Part shown: positions 25,203 through 35,856 of the stretch, piece by piece
How the letters are laid out: the number at the start of each line of letters is the position of its first letter
How positions within the stretch are numbered: the first letter of the stretch is position 1
Assembly: GCA_017504485.1 (NCBI GenBank)
Contig: JAFVRC010000001.1
Location: 18,928-82,927 of the forward strand
Reading direction: 5' to 3'
Length of the DNA stretch: 64,000 nt
From: Alistipes sp.
GTDB lineage: Bacteria; Bacteroidota; Bacteroidia; Bacteroidales; Rikenellaceae
Notes under the pieces: generated by a model
Told to the model about the DNA's origin: nothing
What the model saw: the letters and a program-made list of their open reading frames with translations, nothing else
Databases searched by the model: none
Program-made: the position numbers and the translations under genes

Positions 25203-26147
25203 TTACAGTGTTGCGAGGAACTCCGACACATTGCGCTCGATACGCCCTACGACATCCTCGGCCTCGGCCTTGACGAACTTCTCGCCCGTGATATTCTCGT
25301 AGAGTTCGATGTAACGCTCCGTGATGCTTGCCACAATCTCGTCGGTCATCTCGGGCACCTGCTCACCGTCGCGGCCCTGGAAGCCGTTGGCCATAAGCCA
25401 CTCGCGCACAAACTCCTTCGAGAGCTGCTTCTGCTTCTCGCCGCGTGCAAGACGCTCCTCATAGCCCTCGGCATAGAAGTAGCGCGACGAGTCGGGCGTA
25501 TGAATCTCGTCCATCAAATATATCGTGTCGCCCTTCTTGCCGAACTCGTACTTCGTATCGACAAGTATAAGGCCCATCTTGGCAGCAATCTCCGTACCGC
25601 GGGCGAAGATAGCACGCGTGTAGGCCTCGAGTTGCTCGTACTCCTCACGGCTGACGATGCCCTGCGCGATAATCTCCTCCTTCGAGATATCCTCGTCGTG
25701 GCCCTCGGCGGCCTTGGTCGTCGGGGTTATGATAGGCTCGGGAAACTTCTGATTCTCGACCATACCATCGGGCATCTCCACGCCGCAGAGGGTGCGCTTG
25801 CCCGCCTTATACTCGCGCCACGCGTGGCCCGATAGGTAGCCGCGGATGACCATCTCGACCTTGTAAGGCTCGCACTTATGGCCCACGGTGACCATCGGAT
25901 CCGGCACGGCAATCTTCCAATTCGGGAGAATATCGGCCGTAGCATCGAGGAACTTGGCGGCAATCTGGTTGAGCACCTGCCCCTTGAACGGAATACCCTT
26001 CGGCAGCACCACGTCGAAAGCCGAAATGCGGTCCGACACCACCATTACCAGATAGTCGTCGTTGATGCTGTACACGTCGCGCACCTTGCCTACATAGTGG
26101 CTCTTCTGCCCCTCGAACTCGAAATTTGTCTTTACGATTGCTTCCAT
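25203..26147 (-). CDS. purC: SAICAR synthetase
   Basis: [23 protein letters not shown] and [10 protein letters not shown] motifs. Confidence 0.97.
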   Translation of the reverse strand: MEAIVKTNFEFEGQKSHYVGKVRDVYSINDDYLVMVVSDRISAFDVVLPKGIPFKGQVLNQIAAKFLDATADILPNWKIAVPDPMVTVGHKCEPYKVEMVIRGYLSGHAWREYKAGKRTLCGVEMPDGMVENQKFPEPIITPTTKAAEGHDEDISKEEIIAQGIVSREEYEQLEAYTRAIFARGTEIAAKMGLILVDTKYEFGKKGDTIYLMDEIHTPDSSRYFYAEGYEERLARGEKQKQLSKEFVREWLMANGFQGRDGEQVPEMTDEIVASITERYIELYENITGEKFVKAEAEDVVGRIERNVSEFLATL

Positions 26148-26313
26148 TTTATTATATGTTTAAGTTATAAAGTCGTGACACTGAACTGACGCACAAAATT
26201 AATATATTTTTCGAAATATGGCGACACTTTGCCAACAAAAGAGCGCGACGTTTTGATTTTTGTCGCAATTGCCGTATATTTGTGGCATATAACCTGAAAA
26301 ACGAAAGATATTT

Positions 26314-27240
26314 ATGAAACGATTTTTGATGAGCTTGATGGTCGGTGCGACACTGCTTTTTGCCGGCTGCGACAAGGGGGAGAATGGTGGCAACGGCGGC
26401 AACGGCGGCAACGGCGGCTCACACTTGCAGATAACCATCAACGAGAAGATGATTACCAGCACCAGCGCAGTAATCTACGTTACGCCCGAGGACTACACTA
26501 CGCCATATTGGTTCGGCGTAGCCCCGAAGAGCGAGGTTGAGGCTGCCGGTGGCGCCGCGCTGATGATATCGAAGATTTTGGGCAACAACCCGCTGGCAGG
26601 TGCCTATAAGGGTACGCAGGGCGGTACGATTATGGGCCTTATGCCTTCGACCGACTATTTGGCAATGGCTGTGTGTGTCGATAAGTATGGCATGACGGCC
26701 GATATCGAGTGCGTAGAGTTCCGTACGCTCGACCCTACGCCGGGCGAGGATGTCAAGGTGTCGCCAATAGCTGCTATGCTCGACTACTACGGCGATAGCT
26801 ATAAAAATGGCTGCAATAACTACTATCTGCAACTCGGAGGTCGTAAGAACGGTACCGATGTCGAGGTGCTTATCATCGATTTATTGGCTTCGGGTACGGC
26901 CACTACGGCGGCAGGTACCTACTCGATAGAGAACACCCTCGCGGCAGGTACGGCTGTTGCGGGCAGTATGATGAACGGCTATCAGTATGGCAGCTATTAT
27001 GCACTCTTCGATAAGGATGGTAATACCAAGCGTTTCAGCCTTATTACGAGTGGTACGGTAAGTGTCGCTGTCGATGGCGATACCTATACTATCGACTGCG
27101 ATGTGGAGGATATTAACGGCACAAAGATTACGGCCTCCTACGAGGGCGTGGTCGAGTATAGCGACAAGACTAACACAACTGCGTCGAAAAAGGCATCTAT
27201 TCACACCTTTAATATGACGCGCGCGAGCTTTCAGCGTTAG
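26314..27240 (+). CDS. Lipoprotein with FN3-like domain
   Basis: Lipobox FAG-C; GNG linker; GLMPSTDY motif; resembles the next gene. Confidence 0.75.
   Translation: MKRFLMSLMVGATLLFAGCDKGENGGNGGNGGNGGSHLQITINEKMITSTSAVIYVTPEDYTTPYWFGVAPKSEVEAAGGAALMISKILGNNPLAGAYKGTQGGTIMGLMPSTDYLAMAVCVDKYGMTADIECVEFRTLDPTPGEDVKVSPIAAMLDYYGDSYKNGCNNYYLQLGGRKNGTDVEVLIIDLLASGTATTAAGTYSIENTLAAGTAVAGSMMNGYQYGSYYALFDKDGNTKRFSLITSGTVSVAVDGDTYTIDCDVEDINGTKITASYEGVVEYSDKTNTTASKKASIHTFNMTRASFQR
26389..26418 (+). repeat. In-frame 9-bp tandem repeat
   Basis: (GGCAACGGC)x3 plus GGC. Confidence 0.85.
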
Positions 27241-27260
27241 CCGACTGATACCATACCGAG

Positions 27261-27304
27261 AGGAGTGCCCGACCGCCACTACGTTGGGCACTCTTCCTAT
27301 TTTA
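27261..27304 (+). terminator. Intrinsic terminator
   Basis: GAGTGCCCGAC/GTTGGGCACTC stem followed by T-rich tail. Confidence 0.75.
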
Positions 27305-27594
27305 TAATATACATGCGCGCGTGCGTATGCGCATAAAAAATTATAAGCAACAATACTCCATATCGACATACAATATATACGATAATCAACTCTATTTATT
27401 GGCGTAAGAGCTATATACAAAAACTTACAATTTCACACCTGCACGCAAAATTTCTTTCATATTACTTGCATATAATCTCTTTTATGCATATATTTGCACT
27501 TGTCATTCTCCCAAAAACCGATGTGGAGCATCGACAAGCATAACAGATTATAACAAAACAAACTTATTTTATAACAATTTAAAACCGTAAAATT

Positions 27595-28653
27595 ATGAAA
27601 AAGATTCTACTTTCAATGCTTATGATTGGTACGGCTATGATGTTCGCTAGCTGTACGAAGGATGGTGATGAAAATTCGGCGGGGGGGGGACCTGCATCGC
27701 CTATCCAGATTACTCTTGGTGAGATTACCCACAACTCGGCTGCGCTTTCTGTTGCAGCTCCGGAGGACATCTTCTATATGATGACTTACTATTCGAAGGC
27801 CGAGATCGACGAGTATGCACAGGGCGATGTTGCCGCTATTGCTGAAATGGAGGTACAGTATATGATTGCCTATACGAACCAGTATAACTCGTCGACCAAT
27901 GGCGACGAGACGCTGACCTCTTTCTGGCTTGACCAGGGTGTTTATCAGGGCAGTTACGATTTCCAGATTCCGAACCTCCGTCCGCAGACCGAGTATGTGC
28001 TTATCTACGCCGGCGTTGATGACAACGGCCTTTCGACTCAGGTATTCAGCACTCCGTTCACGACGAAGGAGATGCCTGCTGCAGAGGAGGAGGCTTTCGA
28101 GCCTGCAATGGCTTCGTTTGAGTGCTATGGCAACTACTATGAGTCAGGTTCAAACGACTCGATGCTCTATCTCTTCAAGATGTTGCCTAATAACCAAGTT
28201 GCATCTATCTGCATCGAGTACTTCACCGACCTTCAGACGCACGATGGTGTAGGAACATTCACTGCCGATCCTGATTATAGCGCTGCAGCCGGCACCTTCA
28301 TTCCTGGTGAGCTTATCGATGGCGAGCTCCTCCCTGCTTACTATTTGGTAATGGATGGCGATGCGGGCACAGTCGTTGATTATGCAGTAATTACGGACGG
28401 TAGCTTCTCGGTAACGGCCGGCGATGGTGGCTACACTGTCAGGGGTTCGCTCGTGGCTGACAATGGCAAGACTTACACGCTCGATTACTTCTACACGTTG
28501 AGCGAGGATGACGGTAGCTACTATGACGATTGCGGCGTAGGTATCAAGAAGCTCTCGAAGCAGATGAAGAGCTTCCGCGGCGTTCAGAAGTTCAGCTCGG
28601 CATCGAAGATGCTCTCGAAGCACCACTTCAACTCGAAGCGCGTGCGCCGATAG
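27595..28653 (+). CDS. Lipoprotein with FN3-like domain
   Basis: Lipobox FAS-C; NLRPQTEY motif; G9 tract at 27681-27689. Confidence 0.78.
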   Translation: MKKILLSMLMIGTAMMFASCTKDGDENSAGGGPASPIQITLGEITHNSAALSVAAPEDIFYMMTYYSKAEIDEYAQGDVAAIAEMEVQYMIAYTNQYNSSTNGDETLTSFWLDQGVYQGSYDFQIPNLRPQTEYVLIYAGVDDNGLSTQVFSTPFTTKEMPAAEEEAFEPAMASFECYGNYYESGSNDSMLYLFKMLPNNQVASICIEYFTDLQTHDGVGTFTADPDYSAAAGTFIPGELIDGELLPAYYLVMDGDAGTVVDYAVITDGSFSVTAGDGGYTVRGSLVADNGKTYTLDYFYTLSEDDGSYYDDCGVGIKKLSKQMKSFRGVQKFSSASKMLSKHHFNSKRVRR

Positions 28654-28671
28654 TCCATAAATCGACAGAGT

Positions 28672-28717
28672 AAATTTGGGAGTGTCTAACAAGTTTTTTA
28701 GACACTCCCAAATTTTT
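28672..28717 (+). terminator. Intrinsic terminator
   Basis: AAATTTGGGAGTGTCTAA/TTAGACACTCCCAAATTT. Confidence 0.8.
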
Positions 28718-28718
28718 G

Positions 28719-28838
28719 GAAGTTGTATAACAATAGGGATTTCAGGGCTTGCGAAGCGTGAGAAACCGCAGCATACTTGGCGTATGTGAGGATTTCGAGC
28801 GCAAGCGTAACGCAGAAATCACCTTGTCAGACAGCTTC
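28719..28838. repeat. MITE/REP-like palindromic element (~120 bp)
   Basis: Imperfect terminal inverted repeats GAAGTTGTATAACAA/TTGTCAGACAGCTTC with nested pairing. Confidence 0.5.
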
Positions 28839-28931
28839 TTTTTGTGGTCAATAGTCGAAAGTTTCGATTTTTTTTGTATATTCGCATAATAATTGATTAC
28901 ACACAACCCTATAACAACCTAACAAAGGAGT

Positions 28932-29639
28932 ATGAACTACAAGCGAATATTGCTGAAGCTCAGCGGCGAATCGTTGCAGGGCGAGCAGAAATACGGACTC
29001 TCGATGGAGCAGCTTCGCTCCTATGCTCACCAGATAAAGGAGGCCTCGGAGATGGGCATCCAAATCGGAATAGTCATCGGCGGAGGCAACATATTCCGCG
29101 GATTGCAGGGCGCAAAGCGCGGGTTCGACCGCGTGAAGGGCGACCAGATGGGTATGCTCGCCACGATTATCAACTCGCTCGGCCTGCAGGCCGTGTTGGA
29201 GGACGAGGGCGTGAAGTGCAAGGTGCTCACCTCGATTCGTATGGAACCTATCGGCGAGTACTACTCGAAGGACAGGGCTCTCGAATATCTGCGTGCCGGC
29301 TACGTCGTGATAATCGGCGGCGGAACGTCGAACCCCTACTTCTCAACCGACTCGGCATCGGCCTTGCGCGGCATAGAGATTGAGGCCGACGGCTTCTTCA
29401 AGGGCACGCGCGTGGATGGCATATACACGGCCGACCCCGAGAAGGACCCTACAGCCACGAAGTTCGACTCGATAAGCTTCGACGAGGTATATCAGCGCAA
29501 CCTCAAAATTATGGATATGACGGCCTTCACACTCTGCAAGGAGAATGGGCTGAACATCATCGTATTCGATATGGACACACCGGGTAACCTGATGAAGGTG
29601 CTCCGCGGCGAGAACATAGGAACACTTGTTCACAAATAA
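28932..29639 (+). CDS. pyrH: UMP kinase
   Basis: RILLKLSGE, GGGNIFRG, DQMGMLAT and PYFSTDS motifs. Confidence 0.97.
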   Translation: MNYKRILLKLSGESLQGEQKYGLSMEQLRSYAHQIKEASEMGIQIGIVIGGGNIFRGLQGAKRGFDRVKGDQMGMLATIINSLGLQAVLEDEGVKCKVLTSIRMEPIGEYYSKDRALEYLRAGYVVIIGGGTSNPYFSTDSASALRGIEIEADGFFKGTRVDGIYTADPEKDPTATKFDSISFDEVYQRNLKIMDMTAFTLCKENGLNIIVFDMDTPGNLMKVLRGENIGTLVHK

Positions 29640-29652
29640 CAAAAAAAAGAGT

Positions 29653-30240
29653 ATGGCACGACGTAGATTGGAGAAAAAGAGCAACTTGACGCTCATTCTG
29701 ATGGTAGTATTGGTAGTGGCCATTGCGGCCTTTATGTTGCTCTATAATCCGCAGCCGGCCAAGGCGCAGCAGCAGTCGCAGGAGGCCCGCATCGAGCAGA
29801 CAACGCTCGCCAAGCAGGGCTCGATGGCCCCCGACTTTACGGTCGAGATGTTCGACGGCCAGAAGGTCACGCTGTCGGCACTGCGCGGCAAGGTCGTGCT
29901 GCTCAACTTCTGGGCCACATGGTGCCCTCCATGCCGTGCCGAGCTGGCGCGTGTGCAGAAGGATATAATCGACCGCTTTGAGGGCCAACCTTTCGTCTTC
30001 CTGCCCGTGTCGCGCGGCGATAGCTACGACAAGGTGGCCGACTTCCGCGCACAGATGGGTTACACCTTCCCGATGGGCCTCGACACGCAGCAGAAGGTGT
30101 TCTACAAGTACGCCACGCAGTACATCCCGCGCAACTTCCTCATCGACCGCGAGGGGCGCATCGTGCTGGCGAGTGTGGGCTACGACGATGCCGAGTTCGC
30201 GGCACTCATAAACAAGATTCAAGAGACGATTAACAAATAA
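29653..30240 (+). CDS. TlpA-family thiol:disulfide oxidoreductase
   Basis: NFWATWCPPC; N-terminal membrane anchor. Confidence 0.92.
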   Translation: MARRRLEKKSNLTLILMVVLVVAIAAFMLLYNPQPAKAQQQSQEARIEQTTLAKQGSMAPDFTVEMFDGQKVTLSALRGKVVLLNFWATWCPPCRAELARVQKDIIDRFEGQPFVFLPVSRGDSYDKVADFRAQMGYTFPMGLDTQQKVFYKYATQYIPRNFLIDREGRIVLASVGYDDAEFAALINKIQETINK

Positions 30241-30255
30241 ACTGAAGAAAAGAGT

Positions 30256-30813
30256 ATGGAGACCAAAACTATCCTTGCTGACGCTTCGGCTCGTATGCAG
30301 AAGGCAGTAGATTTCTTGGAGGAGACCTTGTCGAACATCCGCGCAGGTAAGGCCTCGGTGAATGTTCTGAATGGTGTGTTTGTAGATTACTACGGCTCGC
30401 AGACACCCGTGTCGGGCGTGGCAAGCGTCACGGTACCCGATGCCAAGACCATCCTTATTCAGCCGTGGGACAAGAATATGATTCGCACTATCGAGAAGGC
30501 TATCCTCGACTCGAACATCGGACTTACGCCATCGAACAATGGCGAGAGCATCCGCCTCTCGATGCCGCCTCTCACCGAGGAGCGCCGTAAGGACCTTGTC
30601 AAGCAGTCGAAGGGCGAGGCCGAGAATGCACGCATCTCGCTGCGCAACGCTCGCCGCGACGCTGTCGAGGCCTTCAAGAAGGCCGAGAAGGAGGGTATGC
30701 CGGAGGATGAGCGCAAGGACGGCGAGGTACAGGTGCAGAAGCTTATCGACAAGTTCTCGAAGATGATTGACGCCGCATTCGAGAAGAAGGAGAAGGAGAT
30801 TATGACCGTGTAG
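30256..30813 (+). CDS. frr: Ribosome recycling factor
   Basis: IRAGKAS, VDYYG, PPLTEERRK and RNARRDA motifs. Confidence 0.97.
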   Translation: METKTILADASARMQKAVDFLEETLSNIRAGKASVNVLNGVFVDYYGSQTPVSGVASVTVPDAKTILIQPWDKNMIRTIEKAILDSNIGLTPSNNGESIRLSMPPLTEERRKDLVKQSKGEAENARISLRNARRDAVEAFKKAEKEGMPEDERKDGEVQVQKLIDKFSKMIDAAFEKKEKEIMTV

Positions 30814-30838
30814 CGGCTCTCCGCACATACGCTTATGA

Positions 30839-30878
30839 CAAGGGGCTGTTGCAACTACGTAGTTGCAACAGCCCCTTG
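30839..30878. terminator. Perfect 40-bp palindrome between convergent genes
   Basis: CAAGGGGCTGTTGCAACTAC-GTAGTTGCAACAGCCCCTTG. Confidence 0.75.
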
Positions 30879-30895
30879 AGTTTGGCACGCGGCGG

Positions 30896-31354
30896 CTACT
30901 CCTCTATCTCGCTCGGCAGCTCGGCACGCACATAGAGCGAGACATCCTCGCCAGGCACATCATCCTCGAGCGAGCTCTTGGCGATGAACTTCATCGAGCT
31001 ATCGGTAAGTTCGCGCACTACATAGCGGTCGCTCCACGGGCCGGCACCATTGTCATACTCGCCGATGATGATGGCACCAAGGTTTGCATCGGTCGTGATA
31101 TTATAGCGGCCGGTGCTCTTGTGCAGGTAGTCGGTACGCAGGTTGTCGTACATAACAAACGTGCGCTCGGCCCGCTCGAAGATTATATACACCTCGGTAT
31201 CGGCCGCCAGACCACCGTTCCACGACTCGAGTCGCCAGGTGCCCGATATATTGTGGGGCGTAACATCCTTGTAGGGCGACACCTCGACGGGCTTCTTGCA
31301 GCCGTACACCAGAAGGGCCGCGACAAATGGCAAAAGTTTCAGTAATCTATTCAT
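30896..31354 (-). CDS. Lipocalin-like lipoprotein
   Basis: Lipobox VYG-C; ISGTWRL motif. Confidence 0.75.
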   Translation of the reverse strand: MNRLLKLLPFVAALLVYGCKKPVEVSPYKDVTPHNISGTWRLESWNGGLAADTEVYIIFERAERTFVMYDNLRTDYLHKSTGRYNITTDANLGAIIIGEYDNGAGPWSDRYVVRELTDSSMKFIAKSSLEDDVPGEDVSLYVRAELPSEIEE

Positions 31355-31378
31355 ATCAACTAACTATAATCTCAAAAT

Positions 31379-32167
31379 CTATTTTCGCTCGATTGCCACG
31401 ACACGCTGACGCGGCGGCAGTGGCAACCCTCCGATATACAATCGCAATGGTCGAGTATCGGCCTTGGCTTGCGGCGAGAGCATCACCTCGATATAGCCCT
31501 CCTCGCCGGCACGCAACCGCTGCGGCACACACCGCATCGCTACGCCTTGCGACGTGAGAAGCGTATCGGCATAGAGCACCAAGTCGCTCTGGCCCCCGTT
31601 CATACAGGCTATGCGCTCGCTACTCGTACCGCGGCCGAAACGCAGTGTATCCTGCCGCAGACGTAACGCACCACGCATGTAGGGGTAGTCGTCGCTGCGA
31701 TCCGCCGAGGCTACCACCTCGCCGTACAGCGAGAGTATAGCCGTAGGCCGCTCGGCCGAGAGTGGCGTATAGACAAAGAGCCGCTGGTAGAGCCTTCCGG
31801 CGTGGCCTCGGGGCGAGTAGCTGACAACGATACGCCCCTCATCGCCTCGCCGCACCACCTCGCGCCCATACTCGGCACGCAGGCAGCCGCAACTACTGCG
31901 TATATGCGTTATGACCATCGGCTCGTCGCCCTCATTGCGCCAACGCACCTCGCGCCGCCACACACCTCCGCGCTCATCTATCGAGCCGAGCGATAGGCTG
32001 TCGCCACCGATAAATCGCAGGGGCGAGGCCTCGACAACACGCGGATTGGCCACGCTGTCGAGCAGGCGTGTGGGGAGTATGCGCATCTGGCCGACGGCCG
32101 ACACAGCCGCGACAGCGAGCATCACCACAACGAAAGCCCTGCGCCAACGCTTCATAACTACAACCAA
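31379..32167 (-). CDS. DUF1573-like Ig-fold protein
   Basis: RNEGDEPMVI...SSCGC motif; signal peptide. Confidence 0.75.
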   Translation of the reverse strand: MVVVMKRWRRAFVVVMLAVAAVSAVGQMRILPTRLLDSVANPRVVEASPLRFIGGDSLSLGSIDERGGVWRREVRWRNEGDEPMVITHIRSSCGCLRAEYGREVVRRGDEGRIVVSYSPRGHAGRLYQRLFVYTPLSAERPTAILSLYGEVVASADRSDDYPYMRGALRLRQDTLRFGRGTSSERIACMNGGQSDLVLYADTLLTSQGVAMRCVPQRLRAGEEGYIEVMLSPQAKADTRPLRLYIGGLPLPPRQRVVAIERK

Positions 32168-34182
32168 CCGTTACTATTGACTCGCTCACGCACGGTAATC
32201 GTGAAGCGTTGCTCTGCACCGTTGCTTGCACGCACAACGCCACTCGTAGCACCCACCTTCAAACCCTCGAAGATGATATCCGAGCCCGCAAGCATCGCTG
32301 TGGCAACCGCCTTGTCTTCGATTGCGACCTCGAAACTCAAGCCATCGCCCTCCTTGAAGTAGAGCGCAGGGGCTACCGCCATCCTATCGCCGCAAGCGAT
32401 ATATATATTCGGAAAGAGCCTATCGCGCCCCACCTCGCCATCGGCTATTGCAGCAAGCAGAGCCGTAGCATCGATCTGACCGGCACCCATCTGTCCGACA
32501 TAGTTCGAGAGCGTCATCTGCATAGGTTGCAGAGGGCCGATATCGGCCACATAGCGGCAATAGGTCTTCGCGCCCTTCATAAAGCCGTCGATATTGCGAG
32601 CCGTCGAGCATACCAACTCGCGCAGCTCCTCGGCACGCAACGTGCGGCGCAACTGCGCCGCATACGACACGGCCAAGGCCACAACGCCCGAGACGTGAGG
32701 ACACGCCATCGACGTTCCCTCCATATATCCATATCCCGACTTGGCGATATGGCTCGGCAGAGTCGAGAGAATACAGCCCACCTCGCCGTAGTTATGCTCG
32801 TCATCAACATAGTCGTAGTAGTAGTCCTGATCGCCTCCCGGGGCCGAAATCTTCGTGCCGGGGCCATAGTTCGTATAGACCGCAGGCGTAAAGTCGGCAG
32901 CCGTAGCAGCTACCGAGAGGTAGTCGTCGTGCGCACCCGGGTAACCGGCCATAGCGGCACTCTCGTTGCCTCCGGCAAAGACCGCAACACCTCCGTCGAG
33001 CGGACCATTCGGCGAACCGGCATTATGCGTGAAGTAGTCGAGAGCCTCCTTCTCGAGAGGCGAACCTGCCACCCACTCCTCCTCCGAAGCGAAGCCCGGG
33101 GCGCCCCAATCTATCGCGTTGGCCACACCCGAGACATAGCCCCAGCTGCACTGCAGTACCACCGCACCATTGTCGGCCGCATACTTTATGGCACGCACCG
33201 TCGAGAGGATGCTCGTAGCCATATTGCCCGAGAAGATTTGACACACCATAATCTTCACTCCATTGCCCGAGCCATCACCTCCGGCAATCGAGCTGACACC
33301 CTCGCCGTTGTTATTCACGGCCGAGATAACTCCCGCAACGTGCGTTCCGTGGCCCGAGTCGAGGTAGTTATTCCACGTTATCTGGCCCGTATCATAGACA
33401 AAGTTGTAGCCGTGCAGGTCGCCCACATAGCCATTATTATCGTTATCCACGCCCTCGGACTCGTCGCTATTCACCCATATATTCTTTGCCAAATCGGGGT
33501 GCGTGATGCAGACACCCTCATCGAGCACGGCCACCACAACCGAGCCATCGCCCGTCGAGCGGCTCCACGCCTCGGCGCACTGCACATCGGCACCGACACG
33601 CGACTTGCAAACACCATTCTTCAAAAAGTGGTCGCCACGATTGATAATATTCCACTGCAAGTCGAGCAGCGGGTCGTTCATCGCTCCGCCACTGCGTGTT
33701 GCTGCAATACGCTTCACACGCTCCACCGATAGCGGCGTGGCCTTGGTCGAATAGGCACGCTTGATGTAGCGATTGAAGTCGATAGCCGAGACCTCACCGA
33801 GCTGCGACAGCGAAGCGGCAACATCCGTCGGCGACATCGAAGAGGCGTAGCGGACAACATACCAGCGGTCGAGCCCCTCACGCCGCGTGCAGGCCTCGCG
33901 CTCCGCATCTATCGGGAACACACGCTCCAACTCATAGCCCTCGATGATGTCGAGCACTCTATCCACCGAGCCGACACCGCTGCGCGTCGTGCGCGAATCG
34001 GCAACCTTGTTCTCGGCGATAATATCGGCCACCTCGGGTGTAAATTTAACAAATAGCACGCCCTCCGAGATTGTCGGCGTTGTCGCGGTGACCTCGATCT
34101 CGGAGCCGCTCATATCGCGCGTACAGCCGATCATAGCGGCCACCGCGCAGAGTATCAAAAGGTATATATAGACTCTCTTCAT
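32158..34182 (-). CDS. Subtilisin-like S8 serine peptidase lipoprotein
   Basis: VAVLDEG, HGTHVAG and GTSMACPHV catalytic triad motifs. Confidence 0.95.
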   Translation of the reverse strand: MKRVYIYLLILCAVAAMIGCTRDMSGSEIEVTATTPTISEGVLFVKFTPEVADIIAENKVADSRTTRSGVGSVDRVLDIIEGYELERVFPIDAEREACTRREGLDRWYVVRYASSMSPTDVAASLSQLGEVSAIDFNRYIKRAYSTKATPLSVERVKRIAATRSGGAMNDPLLDLQWNIINRGDHFLKNGVCKSRVGADVQCAEAWSRSTGDGSVVVAVLDEGVCITHPDLAKNIWVNSDESEGVDNDNNGYVGDLHGYNFVYDTGQITWNNYLDSGHGTHVAGVISAVNNNGEGVSSIAGGDGSGNGVKIMVCQIFSGNMATSILSTVRAIKYAADNGAVVLQCSWGYVSGVANAIDWGAPGFASEEEWVAGSPLEKEALDYFTHNAGSPNGPLDGGVAVFAGGNESAAMAGYPGAHDDYLSVAATAADFTPAVYTNYGPGTKISAPGGDQDYYYDYVDDEHNYGEVGCILSTLPSHIAKSGYGYMEGTSMACPHVSGVVALAVSYAAQLRRTLRAEELRELVCSTARNIDGFMKGAKTYCRYVADIGPLQPMQMTLSNYVGQMGAGQIDATALLAAIADGEVGRDRLFPNIYIACGDRMAVAPALYFKEGDGLSFEVAIEDKAVATAMLAGSDIIFEGLKVGATSGVVRASNGAEQRFTITVRERVNSNGWL

Positions 34183-34191
34183 TCCGCAGTT

Positions 34192-35841
34192 TTACTCAAT
34201 AGGTGTGACATTGTCGGGGTGAAGCCTCTTGGTCTTCGGATAGACCTCATAGTAGTAGTTGAGGCTCGGAGGCTCGTTGTCGAACTTGGCCAACGCGCCA
34301 TCCTTGGTTTTACCCTCCTGATTGAATACCAGACTGAATGGTACCCACCAATCGAGTGCCGGATGGTAGAGCAACCAATCGGGGATACGGCCCGTCAGAC
34401 GGTTGTAGTTGATGGCGAAGCGCTTGGTGCGCGGCAAAATCTTCTTCTTGCCGACAAGCATCGACGGCAGAGTGTCGCACGAGGCGATATCCTCGGCCGT
34501 CCACTCGGGCACTGTAGTATCGCCCTCAAAGGTCGGCAGTTCACCGTGCAGATAGTTCACCGACAAGACCAGCGTGTCGAGCTTATCCCACAGCAGCAGG
34601 TGCTTCGGGAACTCCGGCTCGTCGATAAAGCCGCCAACATCGCTCTTCGTAGTGTTGCTCAAGTCGCTGATTGTGTGTCGCTGGTTAGCGTTCATAATCA
34701 GAGCGTGCAACTGCGGGAAGTTCTCGCTTGTGAGCACAGCCGGAATAGTCTGGAAGTTGTTCGAGCAGATATTCAGATACTCCAACTCTCTCAACCCCTT
34801 GAAGCTGTCGGGCAACGAGACAAGACCGTAGCTGCCGAGCGTCAGTCGCTTGAGCTGATGAAGCTCACATATATCATCGCCCAACTCGAGACTGCGCATA
34901 AAGGTATTCGTATTGCCGAAGAAGTAGAGTTCGCGAGCCGCCGTGAGATACTTGACCTCGAAAGGCAACTTCTCCTCGGTGTTGAACATCGTAAATTCGG
35001 CAGTATGCACACGGCCGTGCTTATCCTCCGTATAGCCCTCCATACCCGGCTGCCAGAGCTTCACGCCATTCCACATCTGCATGCTCTCCGACGAGTCCCA
35101 CGACACGAGGGTACGCAGCGCACGCTGTATGCAGAGCAGTGCAACCGAGTCGCCGGCACGCGTATCGGGGATGATAGGCTCGGCAGCATCCTGCGTCACG
35201 AGGAGCGCATCTTGATGAGCAAGCGTTACGCTCTTGTCCCTCGGCTCAAACTGCACCTTCGCCTGACGCGCCTCATCCTTGGTGTTTATATCCCAATTAA
35301 AGCGCACCTTCACCTCGCGAGGGCGGTATCCGCGGTCGAGGGTGAGTGTGTAGCTCTTATTCGTGAGCCATCGGCCGCTCTCGGTCTGAATCTTCACATC
35401 GAAGGCCACATTCGACTGCACGGTAACCTCGAAGAAGCGGTTTGCCGCACTATCGTAGTTCTTGATGGCGACAGCCTCATCGTCGAGCTCGATGGCGAGT
35501 GGGAAACCCTCCTGCTCCACACGCACGATATGCTCCTCGCGCGTATCTATATTTTCGATATAGACCACACCCATACGCTTCTCGGAGAGCAGAGTCGAGT
35601 CGATGACCACCTTGCAGTCGGCCGAACCGCGACCATTGGCCGGCGAGACCATAATCCACTCGTTGTTCGTGCGAGCCACCCATCGGCCACTCGACGTAAT
35701 GCGCAAAGGCTCGGCACCTCCTGCCGCGCCGATAGCTATTTTGTCGCGCGACGAGGCGAACTGCACACTCTCGTCCTTCGTGCAACCCGCGACAAGGAGT
35801 GCCAGCGTGGCCACAAACAGATATATTTTCAATGCTTTCAT
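34192..35841 (-). CDS. BACON-domain plus LRR lipoprotein
   Basis: Lipobox VAG-C; BACON-like W...W...R...V.Q pattern; LRRs. Confidence 0.8.
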   Translation of the reverse strand: MKALKIYLFVATLALLVAGCTKDESVQFASSRDKIAIGAAGGAEPLRITSSGRWVARTNNEWIMVSPANGRGSADCKVVIDSTLLSEKRMGVVYIENIDTREEHIVRVEQEGFPLAIELDDEAVAIKNYDSAANRFFEVTVQSNVAFDVKIQTESGRWLTNKSYTLTLDRGYRPREVKVRFNWDINTKDEARQAKVQFEPRDKSVTLAHQDALLVTQDAAEPIIPDTRAGDSVALLCIQRALRTLVSWDSSESMQMWNGVKLWQPGMEGYTEDKHGRVHTAEFTMFNTEEKLPFEVKYLTAARELYFFGNTNTFMRSLELGDDICELHQLKRLTLGSYGLVSLPDSFKGLRELEYLNICSNNFQTIPAVLTSENFPQLHALIMNANQRHTISDLSNTTKSDVGGFIDEPEFPKHLLLWDKLDTLVLSVNYLHGELPTFEGDTTVPEWTAEDIASCDTLPSMLVGKKKILPRTKRFAINYNRLTGRIPDWLLYHPALDWWVPFSLVFNQEGKTKDGALAKFDNEPPSLNYYYEVYPKTKRLHPDNVTPIE

Positions 35842-35856
35842 CTCTTCTTTGCAGTT

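Noticed and set aside
27308-27335. Alternating purine-pyrimidine tract (possible Z-DNA)
   Set aside because: Short, with no linked evidence of function
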